From Felis catus (taxonomy: Eukaryota), in contig NC_058368.1 in assembly GCF_018350175.1 (NCBI RefSeq), positions 181,848,001 through 181,912,000 on the forward strand: a stretch of DNA of 64,000 bases, read 5' to 3'. The notes below the pieces were generated by a model. It had not been told where the DNA came from, searched no databases, and was given only the letters and a program-made list of their open reading frames with translations. A program made the position numbers and the translations under genes. Shown here in pieces: positions 12,141 to 25,938 of this stretch. Position 1 is the stretch's first letter. The number at the start of each line of letters is the position of its first letter.

Positions 12141-12488
12141 AAAATGACTTATGTAAGTTCAGGGTATGGAAAGTTAATGTGACAGAAGTTCATTTGAAAA
12201 AAAAAAAACCCACAAGTTGCCACAAGCTTAAAGGGAGCCAGCTAAAGCAATATTTTGGCTGCAGTATAATGTAGTATTCAGATCAAGATCAGTAATGGTT
12301 TCTATTTTTCCTCAGGTCAGTCGGATCCAAAATGTATGTAGCATCCTGGATATTCTGTTTTGGTTTGGGGTGATTTCCTTTTTCATGCTTAACACAATTC
12401 AAAATTATGTATTTGTGCTGTTCTTTGATTCATGTGTACCTCCCTCTTCTTAAAAATATTTTTTTAAGGGCAGAGTCAAGTGATGCGG

Positions 12489-12499
12489 GTGTGTGTGTA

Positions 12500-12542
<43 letters not shown>
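12489..12542. repeat. (TG)n microsatellite
   Basis: Direct reading. Confidence 0.95.
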
Positions 12543-12544
<2 letters not shown>

Positions 12545-15265
12545 GCATTGACTCACTATATGGTAGCATCAATAAATATGTTTTCTAAGAAAAAAAGAAA
12601 CTTGAAACTGTCCTGAAGAAGATGAGGAAAATGGAAGATAATTTGAGAAGTCGCTCATGAAAAAAAAAAAAGAGAGAGGGAGATGAAGGAACAGACATGC
12701 TGAGCTTGAAGAAGGATACTGATATATTATGGTGCCTGTCTTCAAAGTTTTGAAAGGCCTGTAGATGAGCAAGTGGTGCTCATAGAACAGTGCCCCTCTT
12801 TTTCTTTAACCATTCAAACTGAACTTAGACGAACATCTCTTCAGAATATTGTACAAGGAGTTTCAATTGGGTTGGAGGAGAAATGACTTAGCTTGTACGG
12901 TTCCTTGCAATTTTGATATGATAAGATAGTCTATTTCTGCAAATACTACCAAATTCCTGGGAACTTCATTCAGTGCCTTGTCCAGTCATTTCAAATTAGT
13001 ACCATTCTTGGGAGACAGGGCTGTACTGAACCACACAAAAATCAGAACCTCGTATCTGACTGTGACTAAGTCTTTAAGTGAGGGCAGGTTTGCCTGCAAC
13101 GATATACAATAGAGCTTTATTCTCTTAAATACGTAGGAATGAGGCAATCACAGCTTGGGCCCATATGGAAAAGAAGCATCAGGTTGATATATAGTGCATA
13201 CAAGTAAAATTCCTGCTTCATTTTTCTTCCTCTCTCTGTCTTTCCAAAGAACAGAGTTTTGAAACACCTTTTGAAATAAGTGAGCCATTTTCTGGCATTT
13301 GGAGAACTTTTTCATGTATCTATATATTTTTAAATTACGTGGCTTGAAGTAATTATTTATATAACTAGTTTTATATTTGCATATGGACTGAAGTATATGT
13401 AAGTGTATATGTAAATGTAAATGTTAAATTGTTTATACTGTGAAAAGAACTAGACTTTCATGTGTTCTATATTTTCTAACGAAGATAAGTGATCTTTCAT
13501 TCAAATTTCTCTCACATTTGAAGGGCTACATATTTTCTTCTTTAAAAATCCAGATTAAGTACCTCCTACTCACGTCAAGGCTGATCACATTTAGGTTTCT
13601 AACTCAATTTTACTGTACTGTATTATTATTATTTTTTGAAAATGTAAATCCAGTTTCCTGGGTAGCATTATGCGCCCAACGCTGTGCTATAATTGTTGAA
13701 AGTGATGGTAGGAATTCCATTTGGCCACAAGCAATGACAGGCAACTAGTGTGCTGTCTTCCTGCGTAAACCCATGGAGAGTGCAACACAGTCCTGAGCAC
13801 ATAATGGTTGTTTAATACTTAAAATCAAACAAGCTTTTGGGGGGAAAAATGATCCTCTTTTCCTGATAATTTTCATCATTTCTTCAAATGCATCTGTGGG
13901 AGCCCCTGGGGTTTGAAGTCAGTGCTTAGATTTTTTAAAAAGTGTTTTTACAAAGGAATTCATCTATAATCAAAGCAGCAATAATGAGTCAACCTGGGAA
14001 ACATGATAATTTCTCCTAAGGGTTAAATTGTTTCAAATCAGAAGTCAAAATTATATTTATACTAATGACAACCTTAAAAATGTAACACAGCATCCAATTT
14101 TTGCATAAAAATTACACATTTTAAATACCAAAAGCTTGATGTGAATTTTACACTCTGTTTATGTTAAACCAAAAAAGTGAACTTAAAAGTAATCATGTAA
14201 ATTGAATGATAATAAGAGTTCCTTTATATTTTTAGACTACTTCAAATGAATAATTTAAAAGGCATCAAGCAAAATATTTTATTAACATAAAGTTAATGGT
14301 ATATTTTTATAGTACCTGATTTTCAAAAATTTGCACTAAGACATTATCATAATCAGCTCATGTCAGTTGTGTGCCATTTTACATACACTATTTTTGAATA
14401 AAGTTAATGCACTCATTGGCACAGAGGCTCAGTTTAAATCTCATTCCTGAACTATCACTGCTAGCCTTATTAAAATACTTTTAATTTGCCAACTTCTATG
14501 TAAATCTGAGGTGAAGATGGCTTTACCCATTGAAATGTAATTTCTATCAGCAGTGTTTCTGACTGTATAACAAGGTCACATAAAAAAAATCGAGTCGTTT
14601 TTGTTAAAATAGGAGGGAAATCATAAGAATCAGCAGGTTACCCACCATGAAATGGAGCAGAAAGTATTTTTACTCAGAAATTACATCATGATACAAATAA
14701 AACTTTATGGCGGTTACTCTCCTATAAATTAGGTATTTATTCCTTTCCCATTAATGTGCTTTTTCTCAATATGTTGGATTATATTGGAATATAAATCTGT
14801 AAATTACATGTGCCAAAGAAAATTGGCCTATTTTCAAATTTGAATTTTCATATATAACAATTTTATAGTAGATTATATTTTTCATACAAATTGCTCAGTA
14901 ATTTCTCTTTTATATATTAAAAAAGAGTGGAATAAATAGCCTTTGACACTGCAAACTTTTCTGCCCTCCTAATTGACATTTGACATATACTACTATAATT
15001 TTACTCATCTTATGGTAAAAGAAAAAAGATGCTTAAGGTATAAAGTCAGTTTGGAATTTAATTTATGACATTAGTCCCTTTCTCTTTAAATTAGTTAGCT
15101 TGGCAAGTTTCACGATCAAACAATTCATTTCCTAAGTGTATCTCATAAAGATATCACAATCCTCACCTATCTCACTGGATAAGCACCAGGTCTATTTGAG
15201 TACCCAGGTAAAAAAGGACTGTCTTACTGGAGAATTCTAAACATCCTTGGGGTCAACTGGTACTT

Positions 15266-15269
<4 letters not shown>

Positions 15270-15323
<54 letters not shown>

Positions 15324-15404
15324 TATATGTGTGTGTGTGTATATATATATATACACACACACACATATATACACACACACACTTATATATATATATGTAT
15401 GTAT

Positions 15405-15455
<51 letters not shown>
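15270..15455. repeat. Compound (TA)n/(TG)n/(CA)n microsatellite
   Basis: Direct reading. Confidence 0.95.
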
Positions 15456-15459
<4 letters not shown>

Positions 15460-15741
15460 GTTTTTTCCTTTCTTTTATGTCTTATATTCAGTGCTAGATT
15501 AAGTGTCATATTTCATCCGTGATTTACCACAGCAAGTCTCAGTGGTATTTTGGGTATTTTGTATCTGAATCAAAGGCCTAGAATAGTCCTTTAGAAGCTT
15601 TTAAATAAATAAACGGACATGGGGAAAAGATATATTTTTTTAATTGCTCCTGAGAATTTCCTTAAACTCCCATTGGTTGTCCATCAACAAAGAACATTTT
15701 TTTCTGTTTCTCTTGATGTTTTAAACTTTCTGTGTTCTTAG

Positions 15742-15744
<3 letters not shown>

Positions 15745-15783
<39 letters not shown>
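15745..15783. repeat. (TG)n microsatellite
   Basis: Direct reading. Confidence 0.95.
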
Positions 15784-15785
<2 letters not shown>

Positions 15786-17679
15786 CCCCTCCAGTGTATG
15801 TGTTTTAGTCTAATGGTGTTTTGAGTGTCCAGGTACTGCTGTGATAAGTGCCACAGAAATACTTATGTAGAAAGACAGATTACTCCAAACTGGCTTCCAT
15901 TCTCCTTTTTCCAAACAGAACTTCTAGTGATGGGGAAAAAATGCCACTAGTTTATAAAAATCAATGGTGTTTTTGTCTGTATAAGGGTATAGGATTATGT
16001 CAAAAGGACTGATATAATCAATACCCGACTCCTAAAAGATGGAGTCTTTTCTTTAGAAGAAAAACAGTTTTTTTTGTTTGTTTGTTTGTTTGTTTTTTCA
16101 AATGCCTCAGAAGCATGGCATGTCTTTGGGAATTTCACCTACATAAGTTGTAAGTGATTGGGTCCTTTTACTAGGTTTAGAGCTAAGATTCCAAGGAATT
16201 AAAAGTGAATAAATTTCTCAAACACTATAAACATAATACATACACAGCAATAAATGAAGTAACATATCCAGTGGATGAGTGACTACAGACTCAGGGTTGT
16301 AGGAACAAACTTGGCATGTTTAATTACCCTTATCAAAAGACTTGGAACTTTGATAATATACTTTGTAAAATTGCTGTAACATTTGAGAATATTCTGAATT
16401 AAAAATTCCAATTGATGATGTGTCAAAATAAAATCTAAAAAACTGATGAGGGTGAATATGGTGTCCCGGGAGCTTTCCTTCAGTACTTCAGTGTGTTTAT
16501 AATCACCCAGTAAACATTTGAAGACCCAACATGTTCAAATGATTTATTTAAAAAAAGAAACAAAGCAAGAGAAATGTAGTATGTTCAGTCCACTGGCCTA
16601 CTTCAAAGATTCCATGACAAGGGAACACTTTGTGATGGAAATTCTTTTCCTCTGGGATTTCCCATTGCCACTCGATATTCAAGACACTTTTCTCAGATTT
16701 TTCCTGGCACAGTATAGCTTTCTCTTGTAAAAAGACCAGACAATTGTTGAAAAAAGAGAGAAGATGATCGAAATCATTACCGAGTTTTAGTTTTGCAGGA
16801 ACCATGTCACCTTGGGAAGCAAATGCTCTATGTTGTAGTGATCCACATAGTAGTCAGTTGCTTTGCATGTTTGTGTGCTTTGAACCAAAGAGGAGGATTT
16901 TAATTAATACCAGGTTCTATCTTGCTTATTTCTATTAACCACAGACTGTTTCTGAAACTGCTGAAAAGCCAACTTGTCCCTGGAATACATCTAGTCTTCC
17001 CAACTGGATTTTAACTGGACTATATCCAAACTTACTTTCCTGACTCTCAGTGTGTTTTCATCACTTCATTATTATGCTGATGTATTCAGACCATGTGACA
17101 GTCATTTGTTACCTGTCCTGACTCTTCTATTAGACTATGAGCCTTGAATTACTGTAGTCTTCTTCTGTTGTACACCTTGTTACTCTGAACCACTCACTGG
17201 CCCCAGGCCTCATTGGTTATTTTTATGATGGTAGGATTTGAAGATGCTATCCTTTTTCCTCAGAGCCATTTTCCTCCCTTATTCACCTGGAAGTTCCGAT
17301 TACTTCCTCTAAGAATTTGCCCCAGTCCCACCCCATCCTAGACAATATAGCAAGATGTGATGTTTCCTGGTGTGTGCCATGGCAGCACTTTGCACATACC
17401 TTCTATTCAGCAAACATCACATAATAATCTGAATTGTTCTCTCTCCTCCATTCCTTAAGCATGATGTTTCTACATCGTTGTGACCCAAATATTTAGCAGA
17501 GTTCTTGGCATAAAAATACCACTTCATAAGTGCTTGTTGCTTGCAATTGTATCTTTTACATTGCCTCCCACAAATTATTTGTTTTGAACAGATACTAAAT
17601 GAGACCGGCTAAACAGAATGATATACTTTCCTAAGATTATCTCTCCAGTTGTAGAGTAAACATCATGGAATAAATATAT

Positions 17680-18125
17680 TGGGTGTCTGTCCAATTTATA
17701 ACAATCTCTCCTTCTCTGTTCTGCCCTTGGCCTTATATGATGGACTCAAGGTAAGGTATGTAGCCCAAGCTGGATCAATAAGAATTTCATTTCCAAAAAT
17801 GAGGATGGGGAAAGAGAAATTAGAAGTTTTCATTGAGATTCTGCCTTTGGGTGACTGGACTTGAAGCATATAACTCTGATCCACAAACAACTATATTCAG
17901 GCAGACTGAGGAGAATATGGGAGCTATTTCAGAGAGACATTTAAAGAAGAAGGGAAAAGAAATGTAAAGGGAAAAATCTAGACAGTCTTCCTGCTCATGG
18001 TTCTGGACCTATTTTAGGGGATTGGCAACACTGATTTCCTTGAGTGTTGTGAGATATCCCTGTATCGTTATAATGAACTCTCTCTGTTCTATCTAGTTCA
18101 ATTTGATGTGTTACTTATGACAAAA
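17680..18125 (+). mobile_element. Old MaLR/ERVL-type LTR (MLT1J/K-like)
   Basis: GGTATGTAGCCCAAGCTGGATCAATAAGA motif and LTR-like 3' end TGTGTTACTTATGAC. Confidence 0.45.
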
Positions 18126-18227
18126 ATATTACTAAATTTTTCAGGAGAAAAAAAAGGTGTTTTTGTGCATACAGAGTATTTTGGGGAAGACAATTGTCAG
18201 TGTAATGCTTTTTACACCTTTCACTGC

Positions 18228-18719
18228 CTGTTTTAGTGGTCTATAGCTGCTGTTCATTATCTTATATTTCTGGAGGTCAAACATCTGACACAGGTCTCAA
18301 TGGGCTAAAATCATGGTATTACTGAGGCTCTACTCCTTTCTGGAGACTCCAGGGAAGAATACTTTAACTTGTCTTTTATAGCTCCTAAAGAGTGCCCACA
18401 TTCCTTGGCTGATAGTTTCCCTCCTCCATCTTCAAAGGCAGCAACAATAGGTTGAGTCCTACTCATATCACATCACATCACTTTGTTTTCTTCTTCTGCC
18501 CCCATCTTCCATTTTTGATGACTATGTCTTAACACTGGGCCAACCCAGAGAACTCAGAATACTCTCCCTATCTCAAAGTCCTTAACTTAAAAAAACCTGC
18601 TGAGTTCCTTTTGCTATGTAAGGGAATATAGTCACAGGTTCTGGGGATTAGGATATGGGCTTTTTCTTTTTCTCCCCCTCTACCTTTTTTTAGGGGGAGA
18701 CATTATCCTACATACCACA
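18228..18719 (-). mobile_element. MLT1C/D MaLR LTR
   Basis: TTCTGGAGGTCA..GGGCTAAAATCA..TCTGGGGATTAGGATATGG..CATTATCCTACATACCACA. Confidence 0.8.
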
Positions 18720-18799
18720 CTTCCTCTTAATCCCCAAAGCATTTGATGGTGTATGATGTTACTATTTGCATTGCTGTATACCCCCAACTCCTCTCCCTG

Positions 18800-18863
18800 A
18801 AAAAATAAATAAAATAAAATAAAATAAAATAAAATAAAATAAAATAAAATAAAATATAAAATA
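18800..18863. repeat. (AAAAT)n
   Basis: Direct reading. Confidence 0.9.
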
Positions 18864-19357
18864 ACCCAACTAGAATGTGAGTTTCATAAAAGCTTGAAAT
18901 TTATCTATTTACTGCCATTTCCCCCAGTGCCTATAATAAGGCCTGGTACAGTGTAGGTATTCTATATATACCTGACACAAAATGAATTTAATCAGCCTCT
19001 CCATAAACCCTGGTACTTTCCCCATCATTGAGTAGGAAATAAAACAATAGCATATCAGTATATGATTTCCTACTACTTAAGATTTCACCTTGTCAGAGGC
19101 TTATAATGTCTATGTGCATTACTTTTGGGTCAGGCAGACCTAGGTTTAAATTCTGTCTCCATGGACTATTTCCTTGCATGAGGCAGAAAATGAAAAATCC
19201 CTGGTACAATTTTCCAAGTGCCAAACATTAGAACAATCACTTCACATGTATGTTCTCATTTTATTATCATAAATCACCAGAATACCTACAATGTGGAATC
19301 ATGGAAGGCTTCCCATTGGAAGTGAAATAGAATATGAGCATGTCTTTCTTCTTAGTC

Positions 19358-19581
19358 TGTGGTAGGCAGAATAAAGCCTGACTCCAAAGATGCCAATGCC
19401 CTAATCCCCAAATATTTCCTGAGAATATCCTAGGTTAAATGGCAAAAGGGAATTAAGGTTGTAGATGTAATTAAGGGTCTTAAACAGCTGACCTTCAGAG
19501 AAGGAGATTATTCTAGATTACCCAGGTGGGACTGAGATAATCACAAAAGTCCTTAAAGGTACAAGAGAAAAGCCAAAAAAG

Positions 19582-19640
<59 letters not shown>

Positions 19641-19927
19641 AAGATGTTACAGTAAAGGAAAGTAGGAGAAATGCAACATTGCTGACTTTGAAGATCAAGG
19701 AAGGAGACCAAAAGTGAAGAGACTGTGTAGAGTTTCTTTAAGATGGAAAAGGAAAGGCAATGGATTCACACCCTAGAGATTCTAGAAAGGAAAGTAGTCT
19801 CACCAACACCTGATTTTACCTCAGTGAGACCCACACTGGGACTTCTAACCTACATATCTGTTAGAGAATAAATTTAAGTCACTAAGTTTGTGGTAACTTG
19901 TTACAGCAGCAAAGAGAGAACTAATAC
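19358..19927 (+). mobile_element. MLT1D MaLR LTR with internal (GA)n
   Basis: TGTGGTAGGCAGAATAA start; TTTGTGGTAACTTGTTACAGCAGC..AACTAATAC end. Confidence 0.85.
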
Positions 19928-22309
19928 TAACCATTTCTAATTTCCCCTTGAGCACATCTCACTACATTATGCACCTTAAAAAGGTAACCCCTTTTATTTT
20001 AGGTAAAATCAAACTCTAATATAATTTTCTTTGGAACAACTATTGCTAGACTCCCCTTCTCTCCTTTTTCGTGACTCATAAGATAAGGAGTAGTTAGAAT
20101 GTAACTTTTTCATCACCAGCCTCTCCTCTATGAATTAAAAACCTACTCTTCTAATATTTTGGCTTCACAGTTCTCTCAAAATTCATAATATATATTAGTT
20201 CAATTCCTTTCTCTTCCAGGAACTAATACAAAGGTCTCAATTTAGGCTCAGAACATTAAATACAGTGTGGCAGAAGGTGGGGCAGGGGTTGCTAGAATAT
20301 TGATTGCATAAAGGTATATGCTACTTATATATCTTCCCCTTATCATGCTTCTTTCCTGGGAAAATGAGGAAAAGTGTCTCTCTTCTCCCTAAAAGTTCCT
20401 TAGTGTTAATATCTATAATAGTAGTCTTTGACAATTTATTTTCTCTTATTTATCTGAATCTGCTATCTCTCTCTGTCTCCTTTTTTTCCCCCACTATTAC
20501 TGTTAGCCTCTTCCTACTCCAGGCTTGGGTACCCAGCCTCCCTGGTAAAGTGAAGAACAACCTTGCCTGAAAAGTCACTGATGTTTCAGGACTATGGACA
20601 GTGGTATCCTTTTCTCAGGAAACCAAAACTACTATTATTTTTAAAAACTATTTCGAGATTAATTTCTAAATTCTAATTCTTTTCTTCAAACTTCCTTTCT
20701 TTATACGTGTCCTGATCCCTCAAACTGGCTCATCTCTGGCTTTAACACCTTCATTACTAATTGATCAATTGTTTGAAGATTCTCGTTAGCACAACATTGT
20801 TTAATCCTTAATATTTTGATTTGTCCTCCTGTCAGGCTTATTTCCTAATGTCTTTTTTTCTACACTTCTTCATTGCTTTGTCCTCAAAGAATTACAGAGA
20901 GTATGTGTGGACTGCAAATTCATGCTATTCAGTCTCAGTTCAGCCACATCTGTAGTCATTTGTATCATTTTGTTAAAACATGAAATTTTTACACATCAAA
21001 ATAAAGTGTATACATACACATAAACACACACATGTACACACACAAAATGGTCAAATTATAAGCAGTGCATAAAGTTTGACAAAACTGATTTTTTAATTTC
21101 AAATAATATTTCCAGTAGAGTTTTAAAAAAATCTTTCCATTGCCCTCAAATTAGCAATCTGACATTTGTATTACCTCCATGCATAAATTATTTGATTTCT
21201 ATCTACTGGATAAGTTAGGTGATCACAAGGAAGGAATTCATTCAATTTTTCTTCTTACTCCTTTATGGTTTCTCTATTTTTCTTCTCATATCCACTTTTT
21301 TTGTGTGTGTGATCTCAGAAAATTTCACTAGCTTAAAATCCAACAAGGCCTATCTACACCTTTGATTCTAAAGCTGTAAAATCTTATCTGGGATGTTGGT
21401 CTTCATTATTCTTCATATCCACCTTCACTTCTTGACTAAGCCCTTGATTTCTGCCTTTAAAACTACATGGATATTCCTTTAAAAAAATAACATTGCTCTT
21501 AACACTGTTACTGCATACTAGACTATCTGCCAACTTGAGGGGAAACTAATTCTATCTTCTCCTTTCTTAATCCCACCTAAGAGGGTTTTAGCCCTCAAAT
21601 CTTAACAACAACAACAACAACAACGCAACAAAAACATTATCTGAAAGTTATTGGAGCTTCTTTAATCAACAGATTTGATGGCATTTTTCCTTTCAGAGTC
21701 ATCCCTACCCTTGCCACTTCCACAGCAGTTTTCAATGCATATCTATTCCACAGTCCTATCTACTTTCTCTTTTTCCTCTCTACTCTTTGACTCCTCTAGC
21801 TGAGAAGGCACTCAGTTTGATCTCCCAGGTGAGATGATCTCCACATCTTTGCTCTTCTGTTATTACAGTGCTTTCTTCGTGTCTATTCCTAGCCTTTCTT
21901 CATAGCTCCATACTAATTTTCCCTTTCAAATTTCTGTGTTTTCTCAGTGTGGAGTTGAAAGTTTAGAGTTTACTTTTGTCTATAAGGTCATTTATCCATT
22001 ATATTTTATCTCTCAAATGTTTCTTATGCCTCTCCTCTCTTTTAAAATATTAAAATAATGAGTGGAATAGGCCTGTCAAAAGTGTACTCAAGAATTGATA
22101 CTTTTATATCAGACATTGTTATCTTGTTGGGACTCTACTTTGCATATTAGCATATTAAAGGTTTTGGAAAGACCTTCATTTAATAAACCTGTTTAAAAAA
22201 GTTTAAACCAATGTTCCCATATTGATTTGATCTTCTAAACATTTTGTTCACCATTTTTAATAACATTCTCTTGAACACACAGGGAAATGTCTCCTTAACA
22301 GAACAGGCA

Positions 22310-22510
22310 TTTCCTTCAGAGTCTGACAAACATGTTCAAATCCTGATTTTACTGCTTGTTAGCTCTGTAGGCAAGCTACTTACCCTCTCTGAGCTTCAAC
22401 TTCTTCAGAATTAATAACTATTTTGAAGCTATATTTTGACCATTAGAGAATGTATATAATAAATTTCACATGATATCTAGCACATTATAAGTGCACCATA
22501 AATGTTAGTA
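22310..22510 (+). mobile_element. MIR SINE
   Basis: TTCAAATCCTG..GGCAAGCTACTTACCCTCTCTGAGCTTCA core. Confidence 0.65.
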
Positions 22511-23595
22511 ACATCAATGCCACTATTATCATTGTTTTATAGTCATTTATATATGAACCCTATATATGCTGCATTACAACACACTCTGAAGTCTCAATTA
22601 CTAATATTACTGGTAGAATGTCTCATACATAGTTATGAGATACAGGAAAACAACAAGCTATTTAAACTATTCTCTGCTATGTCATATCATATAATGACCT
22701 AATCTGAATTGAGAAGGTGAAATTTCTCCGCCAATAAATTAAAATTCAAGCCTGTGTATAAAAACCACACTGATTTTTCAGTGGAAGAACTCCCATAGTT
22801 AATAGATGGTTTATAACTAGTTGGGGGAAAATGCAAATTTTAAAATTATTTCATTTTATTTATTATTATTATTATTATTGTTATTATTTTCACCATTAAC
22901 TGCTATTTTCAAAATAGTTATTTAAATTAATTAATTGTCCTCTCTTTTATTGTATACTACTGTGTTTGATATTATTAAACTGGTATGCATCCATGGACAC
23001 AGAAGCATAGAGTGTCTTCTATGCCATCTAACAACACTTAAGACATTGTGATAGTGTAATGATGCAAACATCTCCAACACAAACATAGACATTCTGAGTT
23101 CTTTTTGATTCCTATGTTGGTTTAGCTAATAGAACCTCTATTGTTTAGTTATCTATAATATAAACTAAAGGTAGTAAAGGAGTACCACATTCTAGAAGCA
23201 AACAGTACAATAAGTAACAACATAGTAAACATAGCAACATACTAAAATAAATAAGCTAACAGAAAGCATCATCATATCCAAGTCTGAATTCAAATGGTCA
23301 AAATTGAACAAAAACGGTCAAGCAAGTTTTTCTGAAGGTAATTGAAAATAATAGTTTACACTAATATATCATTTTTCAATGTGCTGGTATATCAGCCCCT
23401 AACTTTCATCTTTTTTTTTTAACTTATAAAAAGTTTATTGACTTAGTGGGCTGACATAGGCTGACATGCTGGTTATGATGACAGCCCAACCAGCTTCCTC
23501 TTCTTAATGAAACTCCCTCAGCAGCAATCACTAGGTCAAGGAAGCAATAATCAGGCCATTACCTATGCCCCAGCAAAACTGCCTCAAAATAAAAT

Positions 23596-23631
<36 letters not shown>

Positions 23632-23674
23632 TACCTCTACTGTTCTTTCTGCTTGGAATGCTCTTTTCTGAGAG

Positions 23675-23915
23675 GCATCATAGAGTTTTGATTAAAAGCT
23701 GAGATTTGAGTTCAAATTCTGCTTCTGACATTTACAAGCTCTGACCATGAACAAATTACTTAATCTTACTTAATCTCTGTATGTTTCAGATTCTTGTTCT
23801 GTAAAACTAATTAATAATACTCCATACCTCACAAAGTTACTTTAAAGATTAAGTGAATTGGTATATGTAATGCCTTTAGAGCAATATCTACATAGGGCAG
23901 CACCATATGTGTTTG
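23675..23915 (+). mobile_element. MIR SINE
   Basis: GAGTTCAAATTCTGCTTCTG..CTGTAAAACTAA..ATACCTCACAAAGTT..AAGATTAAGTGA. Confidence 0.7.
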
Positions 23916-24558
23916 CTCCTATCATCATACTTCTCATCATCATCATCATCATCATCAACATCATCTTTGCAGGATGAGCTCTTTCACATCCTGCAGGTCT
24001 TGGTTCAAATTTTTCTTCCCCAGAGAGACCTATCAAAAGAAGTCCCCAAACCATTTTCTTTCTAGTATTTAAACCGCTTTTAAAATTTATTCCTTCTCTT
24101 GTCTTCATAGAGCAGGGTCTTAATGCTTTGCCCAATGTTAAATTTCTAGTGCCTAATGGAGAACCTTGCACACTGTAGGTATCCAGTAAATACTGAACTC
24201 GTGACCGTTGGTATGGCCTTGTATAAAGGCCTCTACCTAATAGTGTCTAAACCAGTGCAAGTGGCTCTTTTTAAGATTTGATCTAAATAATATACAGGTT
24301 AATATACTCATTGCTTATGAGTGACAGAAAAATTCATCAAACAATAAAACAAAATCAAGATGTGATAAACTAGATCCTCATAAAATCTAAGCTTTTAAGT
24401 TACATGAACCCTATAAGTATACCCATACAATAAATTCCCATTTAGTTCAGTTGTCTGGATTGGGTCCTTGTTCCTATCAAAGATGCTTAAATAATACAAG
24501 TGGAAGTTCTTTGTTCCAGAATTCTATTTCAACTCAGACTGAATTAATGTATGCTGAG

Positions 24559-24615
24559 AAAAAATAAATAAAATAAAATAAAATAAAATAAAATAAAATA
24601 AAATAAAATAAAATA
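24559..24615. repeat. (AAAAT)n
   Basis: Direct reading. Confidence 0.9.
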
Positions 24616-25280
24616 CATAACATGTTCTACTCAGCCAAACAAGGAAGTCAGTTTAGAAAACTAAAATTTGTAACCAGCATGGGTAAACAACTAAAAATGG
24701 AAGAGGAGTCAACAAGTTTCCATGGTCTCATGGGGCCTTATATTTGTCAGTTAATTAAAATGACCTGAAGTGCTGAACTTTCTTTCTCTAGGGGATATTA
24801 AAAATTTTGTATATTTCCCAAAGGAATAGCCATATTGTTTTACTCTCATTTTTGATAGGAAAATAAGGATACAAGCAAGGCAATTAGCATTTCTGGGTTC
24901 AGAGCTTTTGAATTTTAAAGCAGACTGGCCTCCCACCAATTTCATTTTGAAGGTGAAGAAAATGAGATACAGAAAAAAAAATGCCTTGCCCAAATTTACA
25001 CATAACTAGTTTAGGTCTTTCTCCTGTAAAGGCTGTATTATCTTTCACTACAAGTTCAAAAAGTAAGCTCATGATAAGATTCAGTTCAAAGTCACTAACT
25101 TAGAATGCTGTTACACCAGTTGATAAAAACAAAAACTAGTAATGGTCCAGGCACTATGATTAATCCTTTGTGAATATTCAAATAAGGACACCTCATAAAG
25201 TAGTTATCATTATTGCTCTTTTGTAGATGGGGAAAGTGAGGCTTAGAGGGGTTGTGTTGAAAGTGATCACTCACTCCCAA

Positions 25281-25605
25281 CTGTGTGGCAAACTATAATA
25301 GCCCCAAGAGCCAATTCTGGCCCACTGCCTACTTTTGTATAGCCAGAGTTAAGAACAGTTTTTACATTTTAAATTGGAAAATATATATATCATTTCATGA
25401 CACTTGAAATTATATGAAATTCAAATTTCAGTGTCCATAACTAAAGTTTTATTGGAACAAAGCCACACTCCTTTGTTTAGATTTTTCTGTGGCTGCTTTC
25501 ATGCTACCATAGTAGCATTGAGTAGTTACCACAGAGACCACATTGACTGCAAAGCCTAAAGTGTTGATGATCTGGCCCTTTACAGAAAGAGTTTGTAGGT
25601 CTCTG
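25281..25605 (+). mobile_element. MER58B-like hAT DNA transposon
   Basis: GGCAAACTATA..AAAGTTTTATTGGAACA..CTGGCCCTTTACAGAAAGAGTTTG. Confidence 0.8.
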
Positions 25606-25938
25606 TTCTTAATCATTAGGTTACGTTGCCTGCCAAAATTAATAATGAGAAAGAAAACAGCAAAAAGCAATTGGGGTAAAAAAAAAAGTAGCAATAGGAG
25701 GAAGACAAACACACGCCCCTCCAAAACATGGACAATTTCATTTATGAGTGAGAATCATGTTCAAGAACAACAATCTGGCACAAAGGGAACAATCTGGCGC
25801 GAAGAAAGGAAACTCTTCACTATATTCCAGTCAAGATATACATGTTATCCTTAAATAGGTCATAGACATTCTGTTAGGAAGTGTTTTCTCACACAGGACA
25901 TCTAACAAAAGGACAAAATATTCACTTCTAATCTACAT

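Larger units (their letters stand above)
11040..12930 (+). mobile_element. L3/CR1 LINE fossil (RT domain to 3' end), interrupted by an MLT1 LTR, a U2 retrocopy and (TG)n
   Basis: Degenerate RT peptides NQHKFT, TNLISLDKRVTTLVGQ*SVVDVLYLDFNK..DKDSHDI (11088-11239), FSADTK (~11952), NDLDILEPW..MEF...KVL (~12009-12085) and MVPVFKVLKG (~12729). Confidence 0.75.

Noticed and set aside
15264..15509. YIYI/CVCV-rich ORFs (also 12407-12616, 35202-35390, 60140-60409)
   Set aside because: Translations of microsatellites.
23842..24171. 109-aa ORF with poly-Met
   Set aside because: (CAT)n repeat plus MIR/L2 remnants.
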